64,000 nt of DNA from Lepidodermella squamata (taxonomy: Eukaryota > Animalia > Gastrotricha). Below, in pieces: positions 1 to 11,560 of the stretch. Both the position numbers and the translations under genes were made by a program. Each line of letters begins with the position of its first letter. Position 1 is the first letter of the stretch. The notes beneath the pieces are model-generated. The model was not told the origin of the DNA. It ran no database searches and saw only the letters and a list, made by a program, of their open reading frames with translations. The stretch spans positions 1,798,001-1,862,000 of the forward strand of contig JBLDXI010000020.1 in NCBI GenBank assembly GCA_047495785.1, read 5' to 3'.

Positions 1-870
1 AAAAATCCCAGCAGCAAGATAGCCGAAATGCTCACGAATTTGAATATCATTCTGTATAAAAATTATTGGAAATCTACCGAAAAAAAATAAAAAATGAGTT
101 GCATAAATATACGACGAAAATTGGTGTTTTCGAGTCTAATTTTAGTCGGGGAGCTTAACTGCATTAATCCGAGGTGGCTTAATCATCGCTTAAAAACCTC
201 AGAATAATTGCCTTCTTGAAATGGCTGTCGTCATCAGAAAAGCTTATATGAGTCGACAAATCACATTTTTGCCCGAATATCAACAGGAATAATTGGACAT
301 TGGCGTAGCCGCAGTGACGCAAAAGGGAGAAAAACATTTCAAGTAAAAGATTTTCGTTCATCCCGATATAATCGACAAAAATCACGGCTTTGATCATCTG
401 AATAGATGATGGGCCGTTATTTGATGAAATTCATATAAGATGAACGACTCTCAATATCGCAATTGAGTACGATGCTTACTATTTGTTATTCGGTGATGGA
501 GAAAGTGATCGATAAGGATATAAGTGCCATGAGCAATAGAAACAGGTTCGAATATGAAGTGGCCGTGATGTTGAAGTAGCTTTTAAAACACGACATTTTC
601 CTCTTAATTCAACGGAAGAATGAACGTTTGTTATGCGTTCAAAATCGGCTATATTTATCAGAGGGGGAGGAGGGGGTTCCAATTTCATCATGTGGCAAAC
701 TCAGATTTCTCCAGTAAACTTCCTATAAAAATAGGGTCCCAATAGATTAAGCGGAAACGATTCTTCTATAAATGAAAGATAAACTTTTTGAACCTGGAGT
801 TTTTACACGGGCCCTAAGCTATTTCGAACAAATTATTGATGTTTAGGCTCCAAAACGGTTAATATATCTG

Positions 871-1118
871 AAAATCACTGATTTGTAAAATCGATATTGA
901 CTCTGCACTCACTCCTAAACTAGCCAAAAATCGATCATTTGAAATCAATTCAGCGAGCGCGGGAAATCCTATGTCCATTTGGTACTAGCATAAGGCATGA
1001 TAGCATTAAAAATTTAGATTCTAATGATGACATGAAACTTGAAAACCCTTATTTTGGGGAAGTCTAGTGCCAGAGTCCCAAATTTAGTGCTGGAACCCTG
1101 AGTTTAGGGTGCCCACTT
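871..1118 (+). repeat. Dispersed repeat, second copy at about 17194-17371
   Basis: Shared AAAATCACTGATTT..AAAATCGATATTG and AAGTCT.GT...GAG....AAAT.TAGTGCTGGAACCC blocks. Confidence 0.6.
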
Positions 1119-1339
1119 GGCAAAACCAAATTGCAAGTTCCCGTAAAAGAGGCCGATCAAGATACCGATAAGCAATGTAGTAGCCAGCCTTCATAATTTA
1201 TTTCCAATCGATTGCCACAAAATTGCCAGACTTCGAGCTATATTTGGCACACCGAGTTGCAACAATTTATTTTTCAACAATAAAAAATGGAAATGTTATG
1301 TACAATTAATGACGTATTAGAAGCAATAAAAAGGTTACG

Positions 1340-1735
1340 CTAGCCGAATACAGCGAATCTGTGGCTGGTCAGTTCCTTGAGATTCTTCTCCATTACAGCG
1401 GGCTTCTTAGCATTTCCAGAGGGCGAATTAGAGTCTGCCGATAATAGCTGCTCTATAGCAGCAGATACCAACTCTTCCTTAGCTTGTTTGGGGTTCGATG
1501 GATGAGGATTCTTTCGGTCCTTTTGCTTGCCTTTGTTCTGAAATCGCAAAGGTGAAAAAATGGCCGTCGGTTTTGGGCTGATTAGCAATTCGCCGCGGTC
1601 TAAAAACCCGGATGACTCATGCGATTGATCATTGACGCTACGCTGTGCTAATTCAATAGCTGGCATTTGCAGTGTAAAATCGAACAGCACCACGCCAAAA
1701 ACACCTATCACCACGATATTTGGCAAGCAGTTCAT
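1340..1735 (-). CDS. Secreted prepropeptide, predicted C-terminal amidated peptide ...ELTSHRFAVF-NH2
   Basis: Hydrophobic signal peptide (IVVIGVFGVVLF), KK site, terminal Gly directly before the stop (amidation donor), downstream AATAAA. Single coding exon. Confidence 0.75.
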   Translation of the reverse strand: MNCLPNIVVIGVFGVVLFDFTLQMPAIELAQRSVNDQSHESSGFLDRGELLISPKPTAIFSPLRFQNKGKQKDRKNPHPSNPKQAKEELVSAAIEQLLSADSNSPSGNAKKPAVMEKNLKELTSHRFAVFG

Positions 1736-2047
1736 GTTTCGCTACTAGAAAATGTGAATATTAAACCACGGGTGTGACATATAGTATTTAAATTCGAAGT
1801 GACCCTTGTGGATAAAATACATTATCGGTTAATTAAAAATGACTGTAGTTTTTATTTGATTAAATTATAACAAGAATCAGTCACGCCCACCGGTCTCAGC
1901 AGACCTTAATTTTATTCGAGAAAGGTGTCGCGCAATAAAATGATGACCTTTTACGATGTAATTTGGACAGAAAAAAACTATTTAAAATTAGAGAACTGTC
2001 TATTATAAAAAATGACCTCGAAAGGTCATGTGACTTTGATTTTTACA

Positions 2048-2515
2048 TCAGCCGATGCGAACCATGCTAATTTTGCGCAAATTTCTCAGAACTCGAGCCA
2101 TGTTGGTCAGCGAGAATGACTCGGCACCCCATTTAGGCGGGTTATTGGCTACTACAGCCGCGCTGCTAGTTGAATTTGTCGCATTTTTCGAGGTCACTTT
2201 CGAGGCCGCCGGCGCACTTTTCGGCGTTGTCGCTGCGGATTTAAACAGGTAACTGCCGCCGAAATCGACACCAGCATCAGCCGCGCCGGTGAAATGATCG
2301 TCGTTGTTGTGCTCTTCGTGGTTATTCTTATTGTTGTTGTTCGAAGTCGGCGCTAAGGAGTCGTAGTCGTAGTACCGCCCAGATGGCGAGTAGGACGATG
2401 AAACAGAATTTTGAGCTTCTTTCCAGTTGGACTGTTCATAGTTATGATCGTCATCGAAAGGCCGCATGAGCGCTGTTCCGAAAACTGGGAGCAGAGATAA
2501 AATTATCCACCGCAT
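2048..2515 (-). CDS. Secreted prepropeptide, GVDFG family, with a CRF/DH44-like amidated C-terminus (...SFSLTNMARVLRNLRKISMVRI-NH2)
   Basis: Signal peptide MRWIILSLLPVFGTA, acidic spacer, GVDFGGSYLF motif shared with paralogues, terminal Gly-stop. Confidence 0.75.
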   Translation of the reverse strand: MRWIILSLLPVFGTALMRPFDDDHNYEQSNWKEAQNSVSSSYSPSGRYYDYDSLAPTSNNNNKNNHEEHNNDDHFTGAADAGVDFGGSYLFKSAATTPKSAPAASKVTSKNATNSTSSAAVVANNPPKWGAESFSLTNMARVLRNLRKISMVRIG

Positions 2516-3575
2516 TTTGTAATTTTTTTTATGAAAAAAATTAGATGGAGTGAGATTTCGCCCGCCATTCTGCCTGATTTTGAAGGTGATTTAATCCCGA
2601 GGATTATACGAGCAACCTCTTGTAGCCTTGTGACGTTCAGAAGCTTTAAATTACAATAACAAAAAAAACTAATTTTTCGAGAAGAAGCGGTGGTGGTTAA
2701 ATCCGGGGATCTAAGTGGTTCTCGATACTTTTCTGATGGGGGAATCACTTTCTGAGAATAGCTTATTGATTAAAAGTGTGGAAATTACCGACTGAAAACC
2801 CGGCAAAAAGCTTTTAGGATCGACCCCGCAATCTTTGTTCGGTATCAAGGGATAATATCAACCGGCAAGATGGTGATCTGGAAAAAATGAAAAGGTCATT
2901 ATTTCATATCGGACTGTTCTCGAATGTGCACCGTATAAAACGAGGGGTAACTTTAGGGAAAGCAATGTTTTTCAGAACTTGAAAATCAGCTTTTACTCAA
3001 AATTTCAACCAGAAGTGGGCAATACGAATCCTGGATGTCCTACAAATTTCGAAAATTTTTCATTTGCTTTGATTTTTGGGAATATGGGCTTTCTGTGAAC
3101 GGCCTCGTGATGAGTTGAAAAATTCGCACTTGAAATGTGGGTCAAATGTTAAAGAACATTTCGTCGCCTGCGCGGACACGTCACCAAACGCCTTTTTGAG
3201 ATCAATCCAGAGAACGCATTTTCTCAACATTTTCTCAACTTTGAGAATCTCGCAACATCCAAATTACCAGTTTGAAATGTCACCGATGCCTAACGGATTC
3301 GTATTTTTTGCGCCAAAGGTAAAAACAAACATCGCTTTTTGGCTTTTTGCGGGCGCCTCGGGTTCGATTCTCTGTGACCACCATGCAGCTTAAATGCTAA
3401 AATTTTCAATTTTTATATTTTACTTATAATCATTATGATGAACCGATTTGCAAATGTTGAGCTCATTTGAGAAGCGCCAAGGCTGTTTATTATTGGGACA
3501 GTTTCGCGCTTATCGTCGTGTATTCGCTCTGAAAATTCACTTGTGAATATTGATATTATAAGTTATTACAATATA

Positions 3576-3955
3576 CCGTACTGCCCGAAAAAAAGCCAGC
3601 CTCAAATAAATGGCAGAGATTAGAGGTCGTTCGAAACAATAAATGTCAGGCCCGAAATAAATGTCAGGTCAATTGCAGGAACTATACTGAAGATCACTAA
3701 TGAGGTAATTATAGCCATTCTGAATGGAGATAATTTCTACTCTTGGCTTATAGTAAGGTCAGGGACCAATTTTTTGGTCAAAATACGTAGAATCTCAGGA
3801 AAATATATACGCCATTGTGGCACCCAGGCAAGTTACTAGTTGGTTCGAATAAATAAATTTCAGGTCCGAAATAAATGTCAGTCCCTTTCAAATGTCAGGG
3901 GTTCATCAGCGTTTGAAAAAAACAAATGTCATGGTTTTTGTTCCGGGCAGTACGG
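3576..3955. mobile_element. MITE, Tc1/mariner (pogo/Tigger)-type
   Basis: TIRs CCGTACTGCCCG(G)AA ... TTCCGGGCAGTACGG flanked by TA on both sides; internal AATAAATGTCAG repeats; no ORF. Confidence 0.8.
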
Positions 3956-4405
3956 TAATTTTTTACGATTTCTGTGTTGGTATTCACTTTTTTTGTGGAC
4001 TTGGCTACATGCTGTCGACTTGGCCTGTTGACTTAGCGAAAATGACCTCGTAAAACGACGATCCCGCAGGACATAGCTCTGTTGATCCCATTTTCGGCGG
4101 CCGGGTATGGGCATGGCACTTGTTTCCCCTCGCTGGCGACCAATTTATGACATATATCAGCTGTTTTTTATTCAAGAAAAATTAGTGACAGATATTTATT
4201 GATAGGGTCCAAAATTATCCGATTTGACACCAGAACTTTAGGTAGATGACAAGCTTGAGGAAAAGCTTTCTTCATGGACTTTAAAGAGTTTCAAAAAAAT
4301 TTTCATTCAAAGATTGCTGATTCTTATGGGAGTCCAAAACGAAAGGCAATGGCAAAACGAACGGCGGGAACTTGAACTTAAATATCCCGCTTTACGGTTA
4401 ACATT

Positions 4406-4696
4406 TTAGAGTGGTGTGAACGGGCTGCTATTTTCCTTGACTGATGCGGAAGAGATTTCGCCGAATTCATCCGAGAATCCGGGGGTGTCGTCTTCTTCTA
4501 GCGTTGTACCAGTATCGCCCTCGAAATCGCTGTAGTAATTCCAATCGTGACGATCAGGGTTGTCTTCGTAAGCTGCAACTTCGCCGGAGCACCAGATTTG
4601 CCGCAAAAAGCCGAAAGTGCAACACGCGGAAACAGCTAAAATGTTCATAAGCATTATTATTTTATTTACTTTCCGCGCACACTCTGCGGCTAACAT
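4406..4696 (-). CDS. Acidic secreted peptide precursor, divergent relative of the GVDFG family
   Basis: Hydrophobic leader; acidic EEDD...DEFG segment resembles EEDDGY...VDFG; TATATAAA about 75 bp upstream; TTTCCAG immediately before the ATG. Confidence 0.55.
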   Translation of the reverse strand: MLAAECARKVNKIIMLMNILAVSACCTFGFLRQIWCSGEVAAYEDNPDRHDWNYYSDFEGDTGTTLEEDDTPGFSDEFGEISSASVKENSSPFTPL

Positions 4697-5150
4697 CTGG
4701 AAATTCCTTCCAGGTTTCCTTGTAATAAACAGGCTGAAATCGAATACTCAGGGCCCAACTGAAGTTGTTTATATAAAGCCGTCATTAAAGGCGTCAACAA
4801 TAATAATAAAGCCATTACGATTAGCGCATTTATGAGAATTTTCTTTCTTCTCGTATGAGAAAATTGAGAATTGAGAAAATATATGAGAACATTTTTGAAA
4901 TTTCTAATTAATTTACTCTTTTGAAGTTTGGAGCTTGAGGGAACACAACCAACAATCATAATAAAAATTTCAGCTAGGGTTTGACTAGGGCATAAAATAG
5001 CGTATTTTTGAGGTTATAAATTTTCCAGGTTGCACTAAAATTCAAACAAAATTATATTCAACATTTTTTCAAAAATAAAAAAGTTGTTGCCGCCTTTCAC
5101 ATTTATTAAAACTGAGAAAACGATATAGGTATTACGATGCTGGACATTGT

Positions 5151-5474
5151 TTACAAAAAGTAGGCCAAATAGCGCGATTTGGCTAGCTTATGAACCGGAT
5201 TTTTGTTGTGCGCGCTTTGATAAAATTTCTGCATGAAAGCATCAGCCGCCAATTTATCGCTGAAAACAGACGCATCGCCGCCAAAATCGACGCCCATGGC
5301 GCCGGCCGATACGTAGCCATCGTCCTCTTCACTGACAGCCGATCGCTCCTGCTCTTCGATGCCAGCATTAGCATTGTCTTCGCTGTAGATTCCGAAGTCG
5401 TCGTAACACGTTGCGCATGGAATCATCGCACAATAAATTGAAACAATTATCAATAAATTTACGTAGAGATGCAT
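5151..5474 (-). CDS. Secreted prepropeptide, GVDFG/DH31-like family
   Basis: ATG at 5474 (MHLYVNLLIIVSIYCAMIPCATC signal); EEDDGYVSAGAMGVDFGG...FSDKLAADAFM; close paralogue of 6011-6328. Confidence 0.8.
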   Translation of the reverse strand: MHLYVNLLIIVSIYCAMIPCATCYDDFGIYSEDNANAGIEEQERSAVSEEDDGYVSAGAMGVDFGGDASVFSDKLAADAFMQKFYQSAHNKNPVHKLAKSRYLAYFL

Positions 5475-6010
5475 CTGAGACACCGCAGTTTTCTGACCTT
5501 TACCGAGGGACAATATTTTATTCCCACGTTTTTGCGAAAAGTGAATTCAACGATACAACTCGGCATCGCAAATATTTTGTTACGCGGGACAATTCCACCT
5601 CGTCGTTTACGAATCCCAAAATTAATGAAATTTTTTTTAATAAAAAGTGACATTATTTCCTGACAGGCCCGAATGCAACTCCTGAAAAAACAAACCATTT
5701 CATCTGTTACCAACCACGCAAATTGTTTAAACTGATATTGAGCGTGGAACTTCTAACCGTTTGTCCTATTCAGAACAATTCATAAAAAATATTGGTAAAA
5801 GGTACAATTTTTTGAGATTTAATCTGTACCAATGCATTTTTCCCTTTAAGCGAAGCACCGAAAAAAAATTCAAATTTTTCGGACTACGAAATACTCGGCT
5901 AACAAATTTTTGTGATCCTGATTCCTTTAGCTATTGTAATATAAATTCTAAAATTTCGAAACAGTTCATTTTTATTGAGAAGACAATAATTAAGTAATGC
6001 TCGACATTGG

Positions 6011-6328
6011 TCACAATAAATTAGCCAAATAGCGCGATTTCGCGAGTTTGTGAATCGGATTTTTGTTATGCGCTTTTCTATTGAATCTCTGCATGAAAGC
6101 ACTAGCGGCCAATGGATTGCCGAAAATGGACGCATCGCCAAAATCGACGCCCATAGCGCCGGCCGATACGTAGCCATCGTCTTCTTCCCGAATAGGCAAT
6201 CGCTCCATTTCAACGCTATTTTGATATTTGTCCTCGGTTCCAAAATCGGTCGCATCGAATTCGTCGTAACAGGTAACCATCGAAATGATTGCTAGTAAAT
6301 TTAGAACTAGGAGCTTTGACCGATGCAT
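6011..6328 (-). CDS. Secreted prepropeptide, GVDFG/DH31-like family
   Basis: Signal peptide; EEDDGYVSAGAMGVDFGDASIFGNPLAASAFM...AHNKNP; C-terminal half nearly identical to 5151-5474. Confidence 0.8.
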   Translation of the reverse strand: MHRSKLLVLNLLAIISMVTCYDEFDATDFGTEDKYQNSVEMERLPIREEDDGYVSAGAMGVDFGDASIFGNPLAASAFMQRFNRKAHNKNPIHKLAKSRYLANLL

Positions 6329-6781
6329 CGAAATTTTTTTATTTTTTCTTAAATGGCTAAAAATATCGTGTAACGGGAACTTAGGATATATCGTAGTCGC
6401 GCGATCTCACAAAATTTTATTGCAGGGGCGATGGCAATGATTAATCTATTTTTCGGTCAAACGCAAAAATAGACCACGCGAAATAATATCCTCATTTCCC
6501 CCACGCGCTACTATGTATGTGATGATATTAAATTATTTTACATGTTTCCTTCCTGAAAAATGCACTGTCTATAATACAGTTATCTATTCCTCGGACATCC
6601 TAATATGCGTGCTCACTCAATCAGAATAAATGAAATATTCCACCTTAACTTTTTTATTGTAATTCAAACCGCACATTTCGCTACAAATAAAGAGCCACAA
6701 AATTCGCGAAAATCATATTATTATTATTATAACCGTGAGAGTTTTATATTCAAATGAGTGATGACAATTAGAATTAAAAGC

Positions 6782-7108
6782 CTAGCGCCGTCGACGTCCG
6801 CTCAACTTGACGCCATTGAAACTTCGCTGATTGCTGCCGATGTTCTGGCGACGGAATGAACCGAATAGGCTGTTTTTGTCGGAGATAGACCCGCCAGCTC
6901 CGAAATCGACACCGAAATCAACGCCAACTTCACCCTGGCCCTGGTAGCCGTCGTCCATTTCAGCGACTCGAGGTTCCTGATCATGGCTCGTACCCTCGCC
7001 ATCGGAAGTCAACGCCTCATCGCCTTGGTAGAATGCCTCGTCATCCTGAGCGTAAGACACAGCTACAAAGCAAGCGACTGCTAGCAAAACGTTCAAATAT
7101 CGGTTCAT
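6782..7108 (-). CDS. Secreted prepropeptide, GVDFG family (motif doubled), ends GRRRR
   Basis: Signal peptide MNRYLNVLLAVACFVAVSYA; DDGY...GVDFGVDFG; terminal G-RRRR amidation/cleavage signal. Confidence 0.8.
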   Translation of the reverse strand: MNRYLNVLLAVACFVAVSYAQDDEAFYQGDEALTSDGEGTSHDQEPRVAEMDDGYQGQGEVGVDFGVDFGAGGSISDKNSLFGSFRRQNIGSNQRSFNGVKLSGRRRR

Positions 7109-8548
7109 ACTAAAGCAGCTATAGTTGGAAAAAACCAGAAAATTATTTTGATTTTTTTAGAAAAAAAATTTCGCACGGCCACTAAACTAGGATATTTAAA
7201 AGGAATAAATCCCGCCTTGAGTGCGCTCTTATCCCTGATTTTTGGGGTGTGTGAAGTATTTATATTGAATTTATTTCTAATTGAATTCTCGCGCTTAGTT
7301 TACCCGCCTCGCCACGCGAATGAAAAATCATCAATCATCAATCATAATAAAAGGGGCGGGCCAGCAATTACTTCACAGACAAAACGGTGGTATATATCGA
7401 TCAATTTTTAAAATTTTCAAAACGTCAACTTCTCAATTCAGGGTATTTCCATCGAAACGAGAACACAAGGAGTAAAAATAGCAGATTAACATTAAGTTTT
7501 AATAAATATTTTCTAAAATAAGGAGCCGTGATCGAAATTATTTTTACGCGCACGGAGGCGGCCGCCAGATCATTAGACTGGCCGCTATCAAGAGTGAACT
7601 CATTCCTAGTTTGCGTGCCTGTTTTCGCCTCGTTGGACGGTTAAAATTGCGAGGCGAAGAGGCGTTTTCTAACGTAAGAATATGTAACGACTTTTTTCCG
7701 AAAAAATCAGTTAAAAAATGCGGTGAATGAGCTGTGGTAAAAACATTTTTCGCGCTTAAATCTGAGATAAATAATTAGTCGCCTAATTCATGGTTTAATT
7801 TCCTAACTTGCGGTGATCCAACGCATCCTGTCACATGGTATACTAGACAGCCGTGGATGCCAAGACTTGTTTTCCGAGGTAGAGAAAACGGAAATTCATC
7901 ATTAAGGTCATGAATGGGATATTGAGACAAATTAAAGACCAACAAAGTCTACCATCAATTAAAATCAGTTCTGTTGAGTGGCATAAAAGAACTTTTAATT
8001 CAAAATTATTGATCTGATACTCCACCTTTTGGCGTGATTCAAAAAGTGGGAAGGCTCCTTGGCAATCGTCTCTGGATAGCCCCAGAGGAGACCCAAGCCT
8101 ATATAGAGACATTTCCAATGACACAGGTCCTATAACTGTGCAAGCAGCCATCTGGGAACACTTTTTCATCCTACGTTTCGTTGCGTAAAGAAAATCCCTT
8201 TTATCTTAAATTAGCTGGATTTATGAAAGAAATTGTGGGTGAAAACCGCTAAAATATGATGAGGTGATTTTTTTCCAGATTTGACCCGAAAACTGACAGC
8301 GGTAAAATGTAAAAAACCCACCGAATTTGATGTTTAAACTTCCTTAAAATTCCCTCCTTGAATTATTAGAGAGGCTTTCCATATGTGAGACGTTAAAAAA
8401 TCAGGAATTTATAGGGTTGAACGAGTCTTAACTGAAGAGTTTTTACGGCAGTGCTCTGCAACTAAAACTGATATTAATTGCTAAATGAACCAAGCGAAAT
8501 AGCTCAATATCGCACTTTTTCGACCATAATTCCAATAAAATGCGCATC

Positions 8549-8616
8549 ACCGGCTTCCGCAAAATCTCTTAATGGGCTCCTCTCCCCCATACTTTGATGA
8601 ACTCAAGCTTTGCCAT
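8549..8616 (-). pseudogene. Possible frameshifted remnant of a glutathione S-transferase first exon
   Basis: Reads MAKLEFIKVWGR/EPIK/FAEAG across two frameshifts, similar to the GST N-terminal pattern KLxYFxxRGRAEPIRxxFAxAG. Very short. Confidence 0.25.
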
Positions 8617-8807
8617 TAGACTTCCGCTTTTTTCAAAAAAAAAAACTTTCCTTTTTCGCTGAAATAAAAAATAAAAAAACCGCACTGCTTTATTTTTTCA
8701 TTCTGAGATTTTCAATAAGAATTTATTTCAAGTATAATTCTGCATTAAACTGCGATGCTAAAATATGAAAAATGGTCGTCGAACCGCAGCAGTTGAATTG
8801 AATTATT

Positions 8808-9047
8808 TTATCTGCCGAAAACCAGTCCGCGAGCTTGCCCGTGCATTATCCTTCGCCGCAGGCTGTCGTAATAAGCCGGCTTCATTCTGCCCTGCGAAGG
8901 CAGGTGGAAATCGATGGCGTGGTCCTCGAGCCAATCTCGTTTCTCGATCGGATACTTCCATAAAACCTGACCATTCGCGACTTCTATGAAGCCGAGGAGT
9001 ATCAGCAAAAAGATGGGTAAAAAGAATGCGATCCTGATTTGGTTCAT
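8808..9047 (-). CDS. Secreted prepropeptide yielding a ~40-aa amidated peptide DWLED...HGQARGLVF-NH2
   Basis: Signal peptide, KR convertase site, terminal GR; C-terminus shared with 16021-16305. Confidence 0.8.
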   Translation of the reverse strand: MNQIRIAFFLPIFLLILLGFIEVANGQVLWKYPIEKRDWLEDHAIDFHLPSQGRMKPAYYDSLRRRIMHGQARGLVFGR

Positions 9048-9183
9048 TTGAAAATAATCCTATAAAATATTTTTCTCTGGTTTTATTCCTCAAAATTATT
9101 CTTAAAAATACATCCGTGTAAGCAAATATTTGGCTATCATTATTCTCAGATTATAAATCACCGCGCTAGTTTTATCTACGTCA

Positions 9184-9390
9184 CTAAAATCGAGGTGAGC
9201 CGCGGCTGAGGCCGTCGATGAGTAATCGCCGCAGTTTGGCTTGTTTACGAGCCGTATTTCCGTAGCTCTTCAGGTCGCGCTCGATGTCGAGGATATTGTC
9301 ATGCTCGCAGTTGATAGAATCGATGAGACAGATGACCATCACTGTCAGGACAACAATTAATAGCAACTGACTCAACACCCTCAGCGCCAT
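9184..9390 (-). CDS. Secreted peptide (68 aa), LRR..G..RG..F family, non-amidated SPRF end
   Basis: ATG at 9390 (MALRVLSQLLLIVVLTVMVICLIDS); LRRLLIDGLSRGSPRF aligns with LRRRIMHGQARGLVF. Confidence 0.7.
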   Translation of the reverse strand: MALRVLSQLLLIVVLTVMVICLIDSINCEHDNILDIERDLKSYGNTARKQAKLRRLLIDGLSRGSPRF

Positions 9391-9718
9391 GTATATAGAT
9401 GCAGCTCCTTTTAAAAATTCAGAATGAAAATGGAACAGAAACAATGATTTTTGTGTCACACGATGGCGGCAAAACAAATCAATCAATGATAATAACATAT
9501 CCCTACTCTCGCTTTTCAGGGTTAAATTATTTAGAGAAATGCATGGCATAATTCCGCCGACGCTTGAGTTGCATCGCCCCATGGGAAGACAACAATCATC
9601 AATAGGGAAAATCTCCGCAAAAAAATTGGATTAAAATTAATTAATTGTCCCGATTAATCATGTGGGTTGAATTTTTATTTCAATGAATAATTTCCAAAAT
9701 AAAAATGCCTCGAGTCTA

Positions 9719-10114
9719 TTATTTTCGACCCCAGCTATTCGACATTAAATTGTAGAAGACTGCTTGAATTTTTTCAGGCTTGATTTTGGCCTGACCAAAT
9801 TCAGACGTTCCATTAGCTAGGCGACGAATATTTTCCAAAACGCGTTGTTGCTTTCGACGATTTAACAACAGCAACTGGCGCTGGGTCAGTTTTTGATCGA
9901 CTTGATCTATAAGCCGAGCCTGTTTCCTCGTTAGCTTAGAAGCCAGCTTCATAAATTCATTGTTCAGATCGGACATTTTGAGCTTGCTCGACAGAGATTT
10001 GCCTGGGGCTCGATTTTCAGACCGACTTTTCCTCGTGTTAGGGCTCGAAACGGTTGTAGATAGAACGAAAGGCGATAAAAAAGTAGCCATCAAAATTAAG
10101 GTTAATAAATTCAT
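9719..10114 (-). CDS. Secreted prepropeptide, W-amide family (FYNLMSNSW-NH2)
   Basis: Signal peptide, helical pro-region, terminal WGRK; paralogue of 11561-11968; TATATAAA upstream near 10245. Confidence 0.85.
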   Translation of the reverse strand: MNLLTLILMATFLSPFVLSTTVSSPNTRKSRSENRAPGKSLSSKLKMSDLNNEFMKLASKLTRKQARLIDQVDQKLTQRQLLLLNRRKQQRVLENIRRLANGTSEFGQAKIKPEKIQAVFYNLMSNSWGRK

Positions 10115-11560
10115 CGCGATTTAATTATTACTAAATTCAAAGAAAAAAATCAAACATTTTCATGCAAAAAACTGAGAACTTTGTAAAATTCTTTTGGGAA
10201 CAAAAATCGAATAAATTAAGTGTAGATGCTAGATTTGTCCCTTTATATAGAGTATATACATTTTTCTTGCTTTCATGCAAATCGAAAGAATATATATCAC
10301 GTTTCGAACAAGACTATATGTGCTTGCGTGGGGTTTGAAACTAACAGCGATTTTTACGGAAATTTCGTCCGGCGTGTTCGAGAAATTAATGATTTATATA
10401 AACTTGTGATGATGGCAATGTCAGGGGACTTGTTAATAATATGAATGAAATACAGGAAATGTTTCTCAAAGCAGTCCGTTCGTCTCGCCTACCTCCTGCT
10501 AAATATTCTAGTATTTTGATCTCAAATGGAAAATAAGCAAATTATCGCAGCGATAAACTTACCGGAGATTTCAATAGAAATCAGAATTAGTAGCCGATAG
10601 ATTCCAGGGAAACAGAACCCGGTTTGATTTCCTAATTCAGCTCTCCAGATACAATAATATATTGGGAAATTCAGGTAGGATGTCCTGTTAATAGGCTGAG
10701 GTCAGAAAATATAAAATGTAAGGCAAAGCCGGATTTCTCGACGTACCCTGTTAAATTGAGCGGACAATCACATTTGACCTAAAAGTTAGGCCAACAACAA
10801 CCTCATTATTTTAATATTAAATCTCTGATGTGATATGACTGAATGAATGAATCATGCGTATAACTAAGTTCTCATCCGCACTATATTATGGTTTATTGAA
10901 TAAAAAATTCCAAAGTGAATATCCTCAAGTTACACCTAAGCAAGATATTTTTTTGAGATCAAAAAATCAGCTTTCAGCTTATCTACTTTCCCCATAGTCT
11001 CAGCGGAAATGACAAAAAGCTTATGATTCACAGCTTCAGCAAAGTTCCATTCATATTATTAGGTATTACAATTATTAGGCACTGGCTTCTGTTTTTTTTC
11101 GAAGGGCCACGGCTTAAATTCTTAGGAAGGATCTAGCCCTGCCCTTGATATCAGTCCTACCTTTTGTAATTCAGTATTTAGTATAATTTCTTCCCGATCT
11201 CCTTTTTAATTAGTTTTCTTTAATTTTCTCTAATTATGCTTTCTTTAATCAATACTAAAGTAGTATATTTATACATCAATTTGTACATGACAGGATGATA
11301 CCGATTAAAAAATTCTGGATAAAAGATTAAGGTTCGGCCTTGTTTAGCAGGGAAGGTACAGTACTCAGTTGGAGAACATCTAGGGCAGTATCTTCCAATT
11401 CGGTGAAGGCGAGATACTTCAATCAAATCTAGTAGCCAACCGCTGAACCTCTCAGTTTCAGTGACTGCTGAAAAAATGAATTTTTATTGCTAAAAGCTGC
11501 AGATTACAAAGGACTGAAATAAACACTGATATAATATGGGACTGAAAATGCGCTGGCAGC

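Noticed and set aside
4406-4430. SPFTPL as a pyrokinin (FTPRL-amide)
   Set aside because: It lacks the Arg, the amidation Gly and a clear cleavage site.
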